Shown one piece after another: positions 9,404-18,959 of a stretch of DNA of 64,000 nt. The position numbers were made by a program, and so were the translations under genes. The notes under the pieces are model-generated. The model made no database searches and was not told where the DNA came from. It was given only the letters and a program-made list of their open reading frames with translations. The stretch is from an uncultured virus (IMG/VR IMGVR_UViG_3300034096_001156) (lineage: Duplodnaviria > Heunggongvirae > Uroviricota > Caudoviricetes): IMG/VR virus record IMGVR_UViG_3300034096_001156, one strand, 5' to 3'. Numbering within the stretch: position 1 is the stretch's first letter; each line of letters opens with the position of its first letter.

Positions 9404-10679
9404 TTTGATTTATATTTATTTTTTTAACAGGTTGTTTATTAGTTTCTTCATCGGTTAAATCAGAGTCAGTGTCTTCAACTTCTCCCCCAGACATACCATC
9501 AATAGATTCACTCCATTCTGGCCACAGTATCCGATATTTATTTCTAGCATTTTCGGCATAAAAATCTAATCCTTTTCTGAGAATGATTTCTGTGTCAATT
9601 ACCTGTTTGATAGCACCGCTAAGAAGCTGACACCATCCGTATCTCATCCTAGAATAGCGACGATCAGGCGACCGGGATAACTCTTTAGTTCCCCCTTTTG
9701 ATTCTAATCCTGGGAAGAAATAGGTCGGAAATCCAGGGATAATTAGCTTGTACCGGCATTGCAAAAGAGTATCAATTAGCCCTGTTAAATCAGGGTTAAA
9801 ATTAGCCATTTTACGAATATCTTGCCCAGGATAGCTGAGAATATGGTCGGATATTATTCCGCTTTTTCTACGGATTTCTAATTCTCGCTCATAAATTCTT
9901 TCTTGCTCGGTAGAAATACCTGGCATAATATGCAGAGTCGGAGAAACTCCTAAGTCATTAGATGCCCTAATCAAATTATCAAAAGCCTGTTTAACATCAG
10001 CCCAAGCATCTAAAGAAGCTAACCAAAGAGAGCGACCATAAAGAAAATCAGGTTCATGGCGAATATGACAGATTTTATAGGGTTCAAAAAAATAATCAGG
10101 GTCAGACTCCGAGACATATTTTCTTTGCTCGAAACCAATTAGTTCCCCTTGATCTGTTTCTTTTCTAAACATCTCAAAGGTAGGTAAATAAAGAGTCTTT
10201 GCTACACCAAAATCTTTAGACTTGTTGGCAGATAACCCTTCTCGTTCAATGCCCAACTCTAGAAAACATTCTCCTTTCCCTAATGCCCATCTTAGGGCTT
10301 TCTTGAGTCTATCCCCACCAATCATGTAGGTTGAAAAATTCTGTTTTCTTAACCTAATATCTTCTGCAATGGCAAATACTTCTGGGTTAACAGGAGTTTC
10401 TTCATCATCAAGGTTTTTTGCTACTATCCATCCCTGATCGTCTCCATCGTCAGATGCAAAGGTATCAGAAGCGGCCATATCAAGGGCGTGGACGACTTCA
10501 TAGCACCATTGATTAAGTTCGATTAATTCTCTTGATATTCTCGGATCACGGATAGGATTTTCCGTAATCTCCAAATCGTACCGACGTGATACCGACACGA
10601 TCCCCGGTGAAGTAAGGGATCGCTGAGAGCCTCTTAATTCGTCATCCTTTTTCTTCTTTTTTGCCATTAGAACTGCCAT
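9396..10679 (-). CDS. portal protein
   Basis: Size 427 aa; FEPYKICHIRH...YGRS motif; head-module context. Confidence 0.75.
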   Translation of the reverse strand: MAVLMAKKKKKDDELRGSQRSLTSPGIVSVSRRYDLEITENPIRDPRISRELIELNQWCYEVVHALDMAASDTFASDDGDDQGWIVAKNLDDEETPVNPEVFAIAEDIRLRKQNFSTYMIGGDRLKKALRWALGKGECFLELGIEREGLSANKSKDFGVAKTLYLPTFEMFRKETDQGELIGFEQRKYVSESDPDYFFEPYKICHIRHEPDFLYGRSLWLASLDAWADVKQAFDNLIRASNDLGVSPTLHIMPGISTEQERIYERELEIRRKSGIISDHILSYPGQDIRKMANFNPDLTGLIDTLLQCRYKLIIPGFPTYFFPGLESKGGTKELSRSPDRRYSRMRYGWCQLLSGAIKQVIDTEIILRKGLDFYAENARNKYRILWPEWSESIDGMSGGEVEDTDSDLTDEETNKQPVKKININQND

Positions 10680-10757
10680 GTACTATTTCTATGATATAAG
10701 AAAACAGACCATTTTGTTGATGGTCTGTCTTAAATCACCCAAAGAAAAATCTAAATA

Positions 10758-11024
10758 TTAAAAATATCTATCAAATGTTCCATCGCTCCGCAAAACTCTT
10801 CTTTCGTCAATGTCATCATTGGAAAAAAATAAATCATTAGTTAACGCTTCCATTAAAGCCTTAGCTGCATTCTTAGATATTACAATTCCCACTCGTGAAG
10901 TCGCATCGACTATGCAATTCTCTTCAATAGCGCAATAGGTAATTGTAATAATCTCGTAACAGTTAATAAATTCTGGATGACCTTCTACTGTCTCTAGAAT
11001 TAACGGACGAAATTCTTTTTTCAT
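10758..11024 (-). CDS. hypothetical protein
   Basis: GAGG RBS and TTGACA promoter upstream. Confidence 0.55.
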   Translation of the reverse strand: MKKEFRPLILETVEGHPEFINCYEIITITYCAIEENCIVDATSRVGIVISKNAAKALMEALTNDLFFSNDDIDERRVLRSDGTFDRYF

Positions 11025-11079
11025 GATGACCTCTTAACCTAACTAAATAATACAGATTACTTTTTGAATTGTCAAGATT

Positions 11080-11838
11080 TTAGATAAATCTTAAAGCCCT
11101 CTCATAATACCGTTTTCTTTCAGATAGTCCATTTGTACCACCGTTGACGCGACGGGTGACTTCTTCTACTGTTGCCCCACGGTCACACAGTTCGTTCATT
11201 TTGTTATTTTGCCACCAAAACCCAGAAGGTAAAAACAAATATCTTTCGCTAACATATCGCCACCCTTCCATAACACGCTGATCGCCTATATAGTTAGCAA
11301 ATGCCTGATAATGGGCTTTGCCAGTCATTTGAATAGCATCTACACCTCTGAACTTTTTGCCGTCACCAGGTCTGGTATTCCCTAAGTCTTTTCGTCCTTC
11401 ATAATTTGAGCCGTCGTGGATTTCTACCATGTACCGTAATCCTGCTGATTCATGGGCTATTTGGCTTAAAAAATGTCGAACTCTTTGTACTGTGGTAATG
11501 TCAAATCTCTTAAGGCACTCATCTAATTTTTGAAACTGAAAATCAGTAATTTTATCGTTAAGCCTGTCAAACACACCCTCAACTTGATCCTTGGGGACTA
11601 CAGGGGGATTGGGATCGTTAAAGTGACCAACAAAAGCGTACCAATTAAATTTACCCTCAATCGGGGGCTTTATTTCTAGCAAATAGTGATTTTTTTCTCT
11701 TTTGAGAATCTGACTATAAATTACTCTTTGTCCAGCTTTGATTGGGATTGCCCTAAAGTCTTGAGGAAGACTTTCGGAGTTAGAATCCATTAAGTACGAT
11801 TTTAAAATAGTGTTGCGATTTGCTGTTAAAAATTTCAT
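11080..11838 (-). CDS. endolysin, glycoside hydrolase family 19
   Basis: FLSQIAHES, YEGRKDLGNTRPGDG, IQMTGK, VTRRVNGGTNGL. Confidence 0.9.
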   Translation of the reverse strand: MKFLTANRNTILKSYLMDSNSESLPQDFRAIPIKAGQRVIYSQILKREKNHYLLEIKPPIEGKFNWYAFVGHFNDPNPPVVPKDQVEGVFDRLNDKITDFQFQKLDECLKRFDITTVQRVRHFLSQIAHESAGLRYMVEIHDGSNYEGRKDLGNTRPGDGKKFRGVDAIQMTGKAHYQAFANYIGDQRVMEGWRYVSERYLFLPSGFWWQNNKMNELCDRGATVEEVTRRVNGGTNGLSERKRYYERALRFI

Positions 11839-11869
11839 GGCAATTTAGTTAGTAAAGTTGACAATTCTG

Positions 11870-12274
11870 TTAAGATTTATGTTCAAGTATTCCGATTCGT
11901 ATATCAAGTTCTTCCTGTTTTTTGCGAAGTCCTTCTATTTGAGTAGAAATAGAAGAGAAAGTTTCTTGTTTGGCTTTAATAAGACTTATCTCTTTGTCAA
12001 GTTGCGCTGTTAATATAGTCAGTTTTTCTATTCCTGTTGATAGTCTTTCAACCATTTTCTCTAGCTTTTGCTCAAGAGACTCCATCTTCCTTGATGTTTT
12101 CTCAAAGGTTTCGTGGTCAAGTTCTTTAGCCTGTGATTTGGTATTTCTTGAAAACATACTAAGTAATGCTATTGCGATAGCAACGACAGTCCCAAGATCG
12201 TTAAAATTTATTTTTAAATCGTGATTCTCGACATAGGGGGGACGGCTTTGGTTGGCAACAGAAATATAATACAT
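11870..12274 (-). CDS. single-TM coiled-coil protein (lysis-associated?)
   Basis: Hydrophobic LGTVVAIAIALLSMF plus coiled coil, directly upstream of endolysin. Confidence 0.45.
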   Translation of the reverse strand: MYYISVANQSRPPYVENHDLKINFNDLGTVVAIAIALLSMFSRNTKSQAKELDHETFEKTSRKMESLEQKLEKMVERLSTGIEKLTILTAQLDKEISLIKAKQETFSSISTQIEGLRKKQEELDIRIGILEHKS

Positions 12275-12355
12275 GGCAAAAGGGAAACATCAATAAAACT
12301 ATTCTAGAGTTTTTTACTGTCATTCATGAATTGAAATTAATTTTTTTAGAAAAAC

Positions 12356-14017
12356 TTAACTTTGCTTTGGAGAGCTTAACAAAAAGTCATTCCCAGGCAT
12401 GAAATTACCAAAACTGGGGATATTTCCAAAATTTATAGCATTATTCCAAGTGTTTTTACAAGTATTGTAAGTTTTGTCACAGCCAGTAGTAAGGATTACG
12501 CTATCGTGGGTAGCTACGGAACCAGATGCTTCAGTAAATAACTGAATTTGAGTTTTACCTCCAAATATTGAAACAGTTCGGTAAATTGCGTAAGTAGCTG
12601 ATTTATTTGCCCCGTCTGTAAATGTACATTTTCCCCAAGCAAGATTTTGGTATTGTCCCCACACCTCAAATTCTCTCCGACTATTAACACCAGCAACCTG
12701 AGTCTCGTAAAATGGTACTTGTTTACGGCATCCTGAGTTATCACCGTTATCCTGTCCAAAGGCCCATCGGCAAAAAGGCGATGTTTTTTCATCTCTACTT
12801 TGCCTTAAATTAATACTAGAGGCAGTAAGATTTTCAAGCGTATAGCTTTCGCCACCAAGTGATTTAATCTCTCCCACATAACCTATTTGTATTTGCTCAT
12901 CTGGAAGATCCAAAAGTGAATTAGGAGGATATTGCCAATCAACAATTGCTGTGATAATTCGAGCTTCTCTAAATCTATCAGAAAAAAGTAAATTTTCGTC
13001 AATATTATCACTAAAAACACCTCTATATTCTTGATTATCCGATTGTATTCCTAATTGCTTTTCTATTGCAGTCGGATCAAGAGCTTGCTTTGCCCGAAAT
13101 ACTACTTCACCAATTTTTAAGTCTTGGGAAAAATTTGTATAACCAAGCTTTTCTCCGTTTGTAAGTTCAATTAAAACGCAATAACAAAGCCTTAAAACAG
13201 GATTTGCAAAAGAATCTTCTAACCCTGAATCTTGTTGTATTCCCTCGGTAAATCTCCTTATCTGTAATTCTCCAAGTGAATAAATTTGTAAAGAGGTTTG
13301 GTTTTGGTAGCTCAAAGAAACAGAGTTAAACCGGGATAAAATTGATAAACCGTTAACTAAATCAGGATAACGAAATGTTGATCCTGACCCCTTAGCGCAC
13401 AACCATAGGGCAATCAAATAATCAATATCTTTTTGAGATAAAGTTTTTCTTTGTTGTAAAGAGCTAATGTCAGAGGGAGTATTTCTCCGAGAAAATCTTT
13501 TTCTTTCTCCACTAGATAAGCTAACAATATTTGTCTCAAATTTAGGAGAAATTGTACACCTTTTAGTCAAATTTAAATTAAAATCGTGATTTAAGTCCGA
13601 AGAAAAAACATCACCAGGTAGCAATGCAATTTCAGGATCAATTCTTGATTCTCGTAAAATTAATTTTGGGATAGAAAAAATAGCGTTATCTCTATTTTTT
13701 GTAATAGGTTGATAATCTAGTTTGTCTTCTTCAAAATGACACAATACCTTAAAAGTGCCTTCCCAAGTTAATTTTGGGCTATTAGGAGGTGGATTGTTGA
13801 AAACTATTTTACCAGGAGCTACTATATATTCTGACGGTGGTATTTCTGTAGTTCCTTGATAGATTTTTAGGCTATCAATATCTGGATAAAGAATAGGTCT
13901 GTGATGAACGTTATTGCCGCAGGAATATTTTTTAATCAAAATAAATTCTGTATTTACTCCATTGTGTTCTGGGCTAAATATTCCTTCTGTGTTATCTTGA
14001 TTAGTTAAATTAGTCAT
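12356..14017 (-). CDS. tail tip/hub protein (DUF2460-like plus DUF2163, GTA-like)
   Basis: GCDKTYNTC...NAINFG C-terminus; CRWAFG; LSSGERKRF. Confidence 0.75.
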   Translation of the reverse strand: MTNLTNQDNTEGIFSPEHNGVNTEFILIKKYSCGNNVHHRPILYPDIDSLKIYQGTTEIPPSEYIVAPGKIVFNNPPPNSPKLTWEGTFKVLCHFEEDKLDYQPITKNRDNAIFSIPKLILRESRIDPEIALLPGDVFSSDLNHDFNLNLTKRCTISPKFETNIVSLSSGERKRFSRRNTPSDISSLQQRKTLSQKDIDYLIALWLCAKGSGSTFRYPDLVNGLSILSRFNSVSLSYQNQTSLQIYSLGELQIRRFTEGIQQDSGLEDSFANPVLRLCYCVLIELTNGEKLGYTNFSQDLKIGEVVFRAKQALDPTAIEKQLGIQSDNQEYRGVFSDNIDENLLFSDRFREARIITAIVDWQYPPNSLLDLPDEQIQIGYVGEIKSLGGESYTLENLTASSINLRQSRDEKTSPFCRWAFGQDNGDNSGCRKQVPFYETQVAGVNSRREFEVWGQYQNLAWGKCTFTDGANKSATYAIYRTVSIFGGKTQIQLFTEASGSVATHDSVILTTGCDKTYNTCKNTWNNAINFGNIPSFGNFMPGNDFLLSSPKQS

Positions 14018-14084
14018 GGTGTTCTATCAAATCCTGAGTTGTTAAGATCAAAAGCTCAATAAGTAAACTGTCCATCTACCGTAT

Positions 14085-14795
14085 CTACAGGCGCATACTA
14101 TTAACAATAAAATTGCTTAGTTGGCAATAAATAAGAGGTGTAAATAGGCTTTTTTTTACTTGATAGTCAGAAAGGTCACGATAAAGAAAGTCTTTTTTTG
14201 ATCCTTTCATTTCTTCATGAAAGTCGAGAATAGCATTTAAATCATCAGATTGTAACGTAGTTCGAGCAAGATTGAACACTCTAATAGGGCTAGACCATTC
14301 CACTATTCGTTGTTCTGCCCCTTCTGTGTTTTCTAGTAAAGAATTAGAAAACTGAATTTCTGTTTGATAGTCTTTATCTGGAATAATAGGAAATTCAGGA
14401 GTATTTACTGGGTAAGGATCATCAGGAAAATCAGTCTGATTAATGACACGAATAATGTCAATTACTGTAACATCATAAGCTAGTTTTTTGGGTTCGCTTA
14501 CAGTGCCAGAATAAGTGTAGTTTTTACTGGTTCTCTCTAAGGGGATTATGTCAGCAATTGAACCAGTGTAACGAGAGTTGTACTGATCAGAAGGAATAGA
14601 AAAAATACTTACTTGTTGACCGTATTTGCTAACTATTTTCCAGAATTGACCAAATAGATTAATTCCACCAACAGTTTTCAATGTCGGTTCTTTGTCCCAC
14701 GAAATTGATATACCAGTACGCCAAAATATAGGATTATCTTGACTTCCATCTAAGCTTTTTTCTCTAGCAGTTCCAAAAACGTGATAATAGATCAT
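14085..14795 (-). CDS. distal tail protein, N-terminal part (DUF2460-like)
   Basis: GAEQRIVEWSSP...FHEEMKG..KDFLYRD. Confidence 0.65.
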   Translation of the reverse strand: MIYYHVFGTAREKSLDGSQDNPIFWRTGISISWDKEPTLKTVGGINLFGQFWKIVSKYGQQVSIFSIPSDQYNSRYTGSIADIIPLERTSKNYTYSGTVSEPKKLAYDVTVIDIIRVINQTDFPDDPYPVNTPEFPIIPDKDYQTEIQFSNSLLENTEGAEQRIVEWSSPIRVFNLARTTLQSDDLNAILDFHEEMKGSKKDFLYRDLSDYQVKKSLFTPLIYCQLSNFIVNSMRL

Positions 14796-14796
14796 A

Positions 14797-15675
14797 CTAA
14801 ACTAACCCTGTAGCCCACACTCTCATTAATAAAGATTCGTTCCCTATTTTCGCCACGCATTTCCAAGTGTCTATATTAGAGTCATCAGGATCAATTCCTT
14901 TATTTGGATGTATTCCCCCCACAGGAATATCCAAAGAGCATTTTAAAAGATTCGGAACATATCCAACGGCTTTATTAGGAGCTACATTATCTCTTAAATA
15001 AAATTCTGTTGCATTAGCTCCGGGGGTAGCGGTTTGACAAGAGACAAGATAATTGGCAATAGGTTCTGGAGTTGTTGCTGTTGGTAACACAAAGTTTTGC
15101 CTAGCACTCCCTCCCAATGATGGACGGCCGGCCGCTCTACTACCGGAATTTGGTCCAGTCGTCCATAAAAAATAAGCATTCTGAACAAAAGCCGATTGAG
15201 AAAACAAAGGGTTTCTTAGCCATCCGCAACTAAAAAAGGTATGCCGTTGCATATTATTATCAAGATAATTATCGTTGAAAATACTTAAACTGTGCGAATT
15301 CAAAACTGCCCAATAATAAGATGAAGGACGGTTAAAAATAAGAGTAAGCAAGTTAAGACAGTTAATTGCACAATATTGGGCATCCATCGTCGTCGTCGAA
15401 GGGTTTCCAGTAGTGCGACTTATTCCTAGATTGTTAAATCTGAATTTTGACGCAGTTACGGGCAAACTTAGTGATTCAAAACTAACTGGTAAAATTAAAT
15501 GAAACCCTGTAGTGGCATTTGCGAGAGCGCAAGTTTGTCCAAAAAAACCATTTATCCAGTTAGCACATTGAATGGGTGTAAATCCCGAAGACTCTGGAGC
15601 ATAATCTAGATTATTAGTTGTCCAGCCATAGTAGGAGTTACCGACGTTGTCATTGTTAATTAAGGGTAAGTTCAT
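14797..15675 (-). CDS. putative tail fibre/receptor-binding protein
   Basis: Tail-module context, T/N/S-rich. Confidence 0.4.
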   Translation of the reverse strand: MNLPLINNDNVGNSYYGWTTNNLDYAPESSGFTPIQCANWINGFFGQTCALANATTGFHLILPVSFESLSLPVTASKFRFNNLGISRTTGNPSTTTMDAQYCAINCLNLLTLIFNRPSSYYWAVLNSHSLSIFNDNYLDNNMQRHTFFSCGWLRNPLFSQSAFVQNAYFLWTTGPNSGSRAAGRPSLGGSARQNFVLPTATTPEPIANYLVSCQTATPGANATEFYLRDNVAPNKAVGYVPNLLKCSLDIPVGGIHPNKGIDPDDSNIDTWKCVAKIGNESLLMRVWATGLV

Positions 15676-15686
15676 AGAGTGTAATT

Positions 15687-16232
15687 TTATAAAGAATGAT
15701 CTTGTCCGTTAACGCTGAATTGAAAAGCGCTAAATGTAACAGAAAAACTATTATTCCAAGTACCTCCTTGATTAGTACTCTTAAAGGGATTATCACCAAT
15801 CAACCAACCAGGAGACCCTGTTTGGTCGGGTAAGGTAGTAAAGCCCCAAAGATCTTGCCCACTACCCTCTGAAATCCCCGCAACTAACCAGTAGTCAGTA
15901 TTAGAGGCTAATCTTTGCGGAGTAGTAATGGTAAAGATGTAATCGTTGGTAGTGTTAAGAGTGAAACTGGGGTTAGTAAAACTGGCTATCTGGCTACCGA
16001 GTCCTCCAAAGCTGACGTTATAGAGCCTGACAAAAAAATTGGGATTTGCAGTCAATTTTGCTAACCGAAGAGTGACCGAGTTAATAGTATAGCCATAACT
16101 GCCACTGCCAGTCGTAAAACTTGAACGTAGCCATTGATTATTATTTATCGAAAATCCTGAGTTAGTTGTTTGAGTTAAATTACTAACAAGATTTACGACC
16201 ATTGTACCTGGCCAGTGCAACCATCTAGACAT
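15687..16232 (-). CDS. choice-of-anchor-R-like beta-sandwich protein
   Basis: VSNL...SFTTG...YTINSVTLRL...LASNTDYWLV...GWLIGD. Confidence 0.55.
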   Translation of the reverse strand: MSRWLHWPGTMVVNLVSNLTQTTNSGFSINNNQWLRSSFTTGSGSYGYTINSVTLRLAKLTANPNFFVRLYNVSFGGLGSQIASFTNPSFTLNTTNDYIFTITTPQRLASNTDYWLVAGISEGSGQDLWGFTTLPDQTGSPGWLIGDNPFKSTNQGGTWNNSFSVTFSAFQFSVNGQDHSL

Positions 16233-17157
16233 ATTTTCTTCCTATAGTAAAAAATAAATGCTTAGGGTTATCAACAGCAGAAACAACAAGTTCTAACCTG
16301 TTTCCTACGCTAAGAAGATTCCCTGTTGTTACGGGAACAGTTAATCGAGTAGAAGTAATAGATAAATTATTCAATCCAGGAATATTTATTCCATTAATCC
16401 TAACCGATATAGTAGCTGTACCAGATTGAGTTACGGCACTAAAGCTTAGGATATTATACCCTTTTAATAAAGCGAAATCAAGAGGATAAGTTTGAACAAC
16501 AGGAGATTCTATGTCCCCAGAATATTGTTCGGTATTATCGTCAATACTATTAATTTGATTTTGGAGTTTGCCAAAAGCCTGTAAAATATTATCAGTAGCA
16601 GTTATTTCGCCACCAGTAGTTATATTTAAAGCCGTCAATGAAGTCGATAAAACTTTTGAGAAGAAACCGAAGAATCCTTTATTTCCTGATTCTTTCCCGT
16701 AGAAAGTATCATTACTAGGATTCCCTACAATTTCATCAGATCTAGCCACTGTCCCGAACGATGATCCCCCGTAATCAGCGATAAGCATATCCCCCGTGAC
16801 TCTTATTTGCCAATCTATACCATTAAAAAATATTGCTTTTCCAGAAACAGAAAAAACTGTTAGTCCAGTAAAAGGCTGCCAGAATTTCCAAGTTCCTGTA
16901 GGCAAGCCATTCAAGCCAATTACGGGATAAGCTATCTGATTAGTTTTTCCCGCCCATGCCCCAGTAGCTCCTGCGGGGACAATATAGTAGCTATCTATAC
17001 TTTGAGGAATTGGGGGTGTGGTAAGGGTATAGGAAAGAATAGGCGCGGAGCCTATAGAAATAAGTCTAAATAGCTCGTTAGCTATTTGTTCCTTGTATTC
17101 CTGGGAAGATGCCAGTAATAATCCATTAGAGCCGAATATTGTCCCAGACATCTCCAA
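16225..17157 (-). CDS. DUF2793-containing tail protein
   Basis: YIVPAGATGAWAGKTNQIA...WKFWQP..G. Confidence 0.75.
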   Translation of the reverse strand: MEMSGTIFGSNGLLLASSQEYKEQIANELFRLISIGSAPILSYTLTTPPIPQSIDSYYIVPAGATGAWAGKTNQIAYPVIGLNGLPTGTWKFWQPFTGLTVFSVSGKAIFFNGIDWQIRVTGDMLIADYGGSSFGTVARSDEIVGNPSNDTFYGKESGNKGFFGFFSKVLSTSLTALNITTGGEITATDNILQAFGKLQNQINSIDDNTEQYSGDIESPVVQTYPLDFALLKGYNILSFSAVTQSGTATISVRINGINIPGLNNLSITSTRLTVPVTTGNLLSVGNRLELVVSAVDNPKHLFFTIGRKYV

Positions 17158-18955
17158 ATTCCTCTTTCATCTTGGCTTTTACCCAGTTATTGTTCTCGAT
17201 TTTACAAAGACTTTTCAAGTAAGCCTCGTAATTATTCAAGTCATTTTCATTATAGTCTTTTTTGAAGATTGCGTGTAACTTCCAAGATTTAGGGGGCATC
17301 CAGTCTTTGCTTAGTCTAGGATTTTTAAATGTTTTGATCATCCATCCCCGGACACTTTCAATATGCTCACCTTTTTTGTAAGCTTCCTTGAGAGCGTACT
17401 TGTAGGCTAGGTATAATTCTCTATCTTTATCGTGAATTATAATCTCTAGTCTTTCGTTAGCGATTTGTTTCTTTTCTTTTGTTGGAAATTCATGTCCACA
17501 ATGAGGACAGATACGAGCGGAAGCGTAGGTTATTTTATTGCAATTTTCGCACTCTTTAGTCGGAGCTTGTCCTTTTTGGGTATCAGAAGATGTAAAAAGC
17601 TTAGGATACTCTACATCCTCGATAAATCCATGCTCGGTTACGTTCCCCGCTTGATCCAAAATCAGACAATCAATCTTGTCTAACCAGCTACAAAGCCGTT
17701 GACCCCGACCAGTCATCTGAATATAAAGAGTTCTGCTCTTAGTTGGCCTAGCGTGAATAATGCAAGAAATTGCGGGCAAATTAAATCCAATTCCACAAGT
17801 ATTAATATTTACAATCCCCCGCAATCTCAATTCAGCTACTTTTCTAAATATTTCTCTTCTTTCCTGCTCTGGTGTTTCGGCTGTGATAATGGCCGTGGGA
17901 ACACCCCTCTCGTTAAATTCTGTACAGAGGCTTTTAGCGTGTTCTACACCCGCAGCAAAACAAACAAATTGTCTCCCTTGGCCGAGCCTGCGATACTCGG
18001 AAACTGTTGATTTTACCGCCTCAAGACAACGAATCTCTAACTGACTAGCATCAAAATCACCGCCATTAATTTTTACTCCTTTAGTATTAATTTTATTTTT
18101 AGTTCCAAAATAAACACAACCGACAAGCGCGCCACGTTCGATCATTTCTTTTGGAGTGGGGCCAGTTATTTGAACCTCAAAAATATCTCCCAACTCTTCA
18201 CGCTTCGATAACCGCCACGGGGTTGCTGTTAATCCAATTACAAGGCGATTATCTACTGGTAGGGTTTTCCCTAAAAAAAGATGCTGTTGTTTACGAATGA
18301 TTTCCCATGCCGAGTTTATTTCTTGTAATATCTCTTTTGACTCAGCGTGAACTAGACTAAGGTGTTTGCATTTTTCTTTAGCTTCCTCAAAAGTGATTTT
18401 ATAAGGTTCTATGTCTTCTCTTTCTACAGCGATACCTAATACTGCTAATTCGTCACGAATGTCTTTGATTGAGGTTGTTTGCTTACCGTTTTTAAGGTTG
18501 GGAAAGCTATCTTTAAACCATTGGCAGTAAGCTGATAGATGAACTTCATCGGCTAGTATTACTTCGGGATTAAACCAAGTAATATCTCGTCCTCTAGATA
18601 AGGTTTGAGTCGTTGCAATTTGCACTAATTGGTTTCTATCTTCTTTGTAGTTACCAGCAATTACCCCGGCAGATAGTCCAAATTTTCCTAGAGTTTCTAG
18701 GGTTTGCTCAATAAGTACCGTAAAAGGTACTACGATTAAAGTCCGTCGCTGTCTTTTTACGGCGGCATCGTAGATTATTTGACAAAAAAATACTGTTTTA
18801 CCCCATCCGCAAGGGGCAACGACTAAGGCTCTTTTGTAGATTTTTGGATTTAGAGCGTCATACAGTTCTCTTTTAAGAGCTTTTTGGTCATCTCTTAATT
18901 GAATTTGTGGTTTAGTCGGTGCAAAAAGTGTTTGTGTTTGTAGTGTTGGTGTCAT
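17126..18955 (-). CDS. SF2 DEAD/DEAH helicase with C-terminal Zn ribbon
   Basis: APCGWGKT, DEVH, TATP, QMTGRGQR, CENC/CPHC. Confidence 0.92.
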   Translation of the reverse strand: MTPTLQTQTLFAPTKPQIQLRDDQKALKRELYDALNPKIYKRALVVAPCGWGKTVFFCQIIYDAAVKRQRRTLIVVPFTVLIEQTLETLGKFGLSAGVIAGNYKEDRNQLVQIATTQTLSRGRDITWFNPEVILADEVHLSAYCQWFKDSFPNLKNGKQTTSIKDIRDELAVLGIAVEREDIEPYKITFEEAKEKCKHLSLVHAESKEILQEINSAWEIIRKQQHLFLGKTLPVDNRLVIGLTATPWRLSKREELGDIFEVQITGPTPKEMIERGALVGCVYFGTKNKINTKGVKINGGDFDASQLEIRCLEAVKSTVSEYRRLGQGRQFVCFAAGVEHAKSLCTEFNERGVPTAIITAETPEQERREIFRKVAELRLRGIVNINTCGIGFNLPAISCIIHARPTKSRTLYIQMTGRGQRLCSWLDKIDCLILDQAGNVTEHGFIEDVEYPKLFTSSDTQKGQAPTKECENCNKITYASARICPHCGHEFPTKEKKQIANERLEIIIHDKDRELYLAYKYALKEAYKKGEHIESVRGWMIKTFKNPRLSKDWMPPKSWKLHAIFKKDYNENDLNNYEAYLKSLCKIENNNWVKAKMKEEFGDVWDNIRL

Positions 18956-18959
18956 AATA

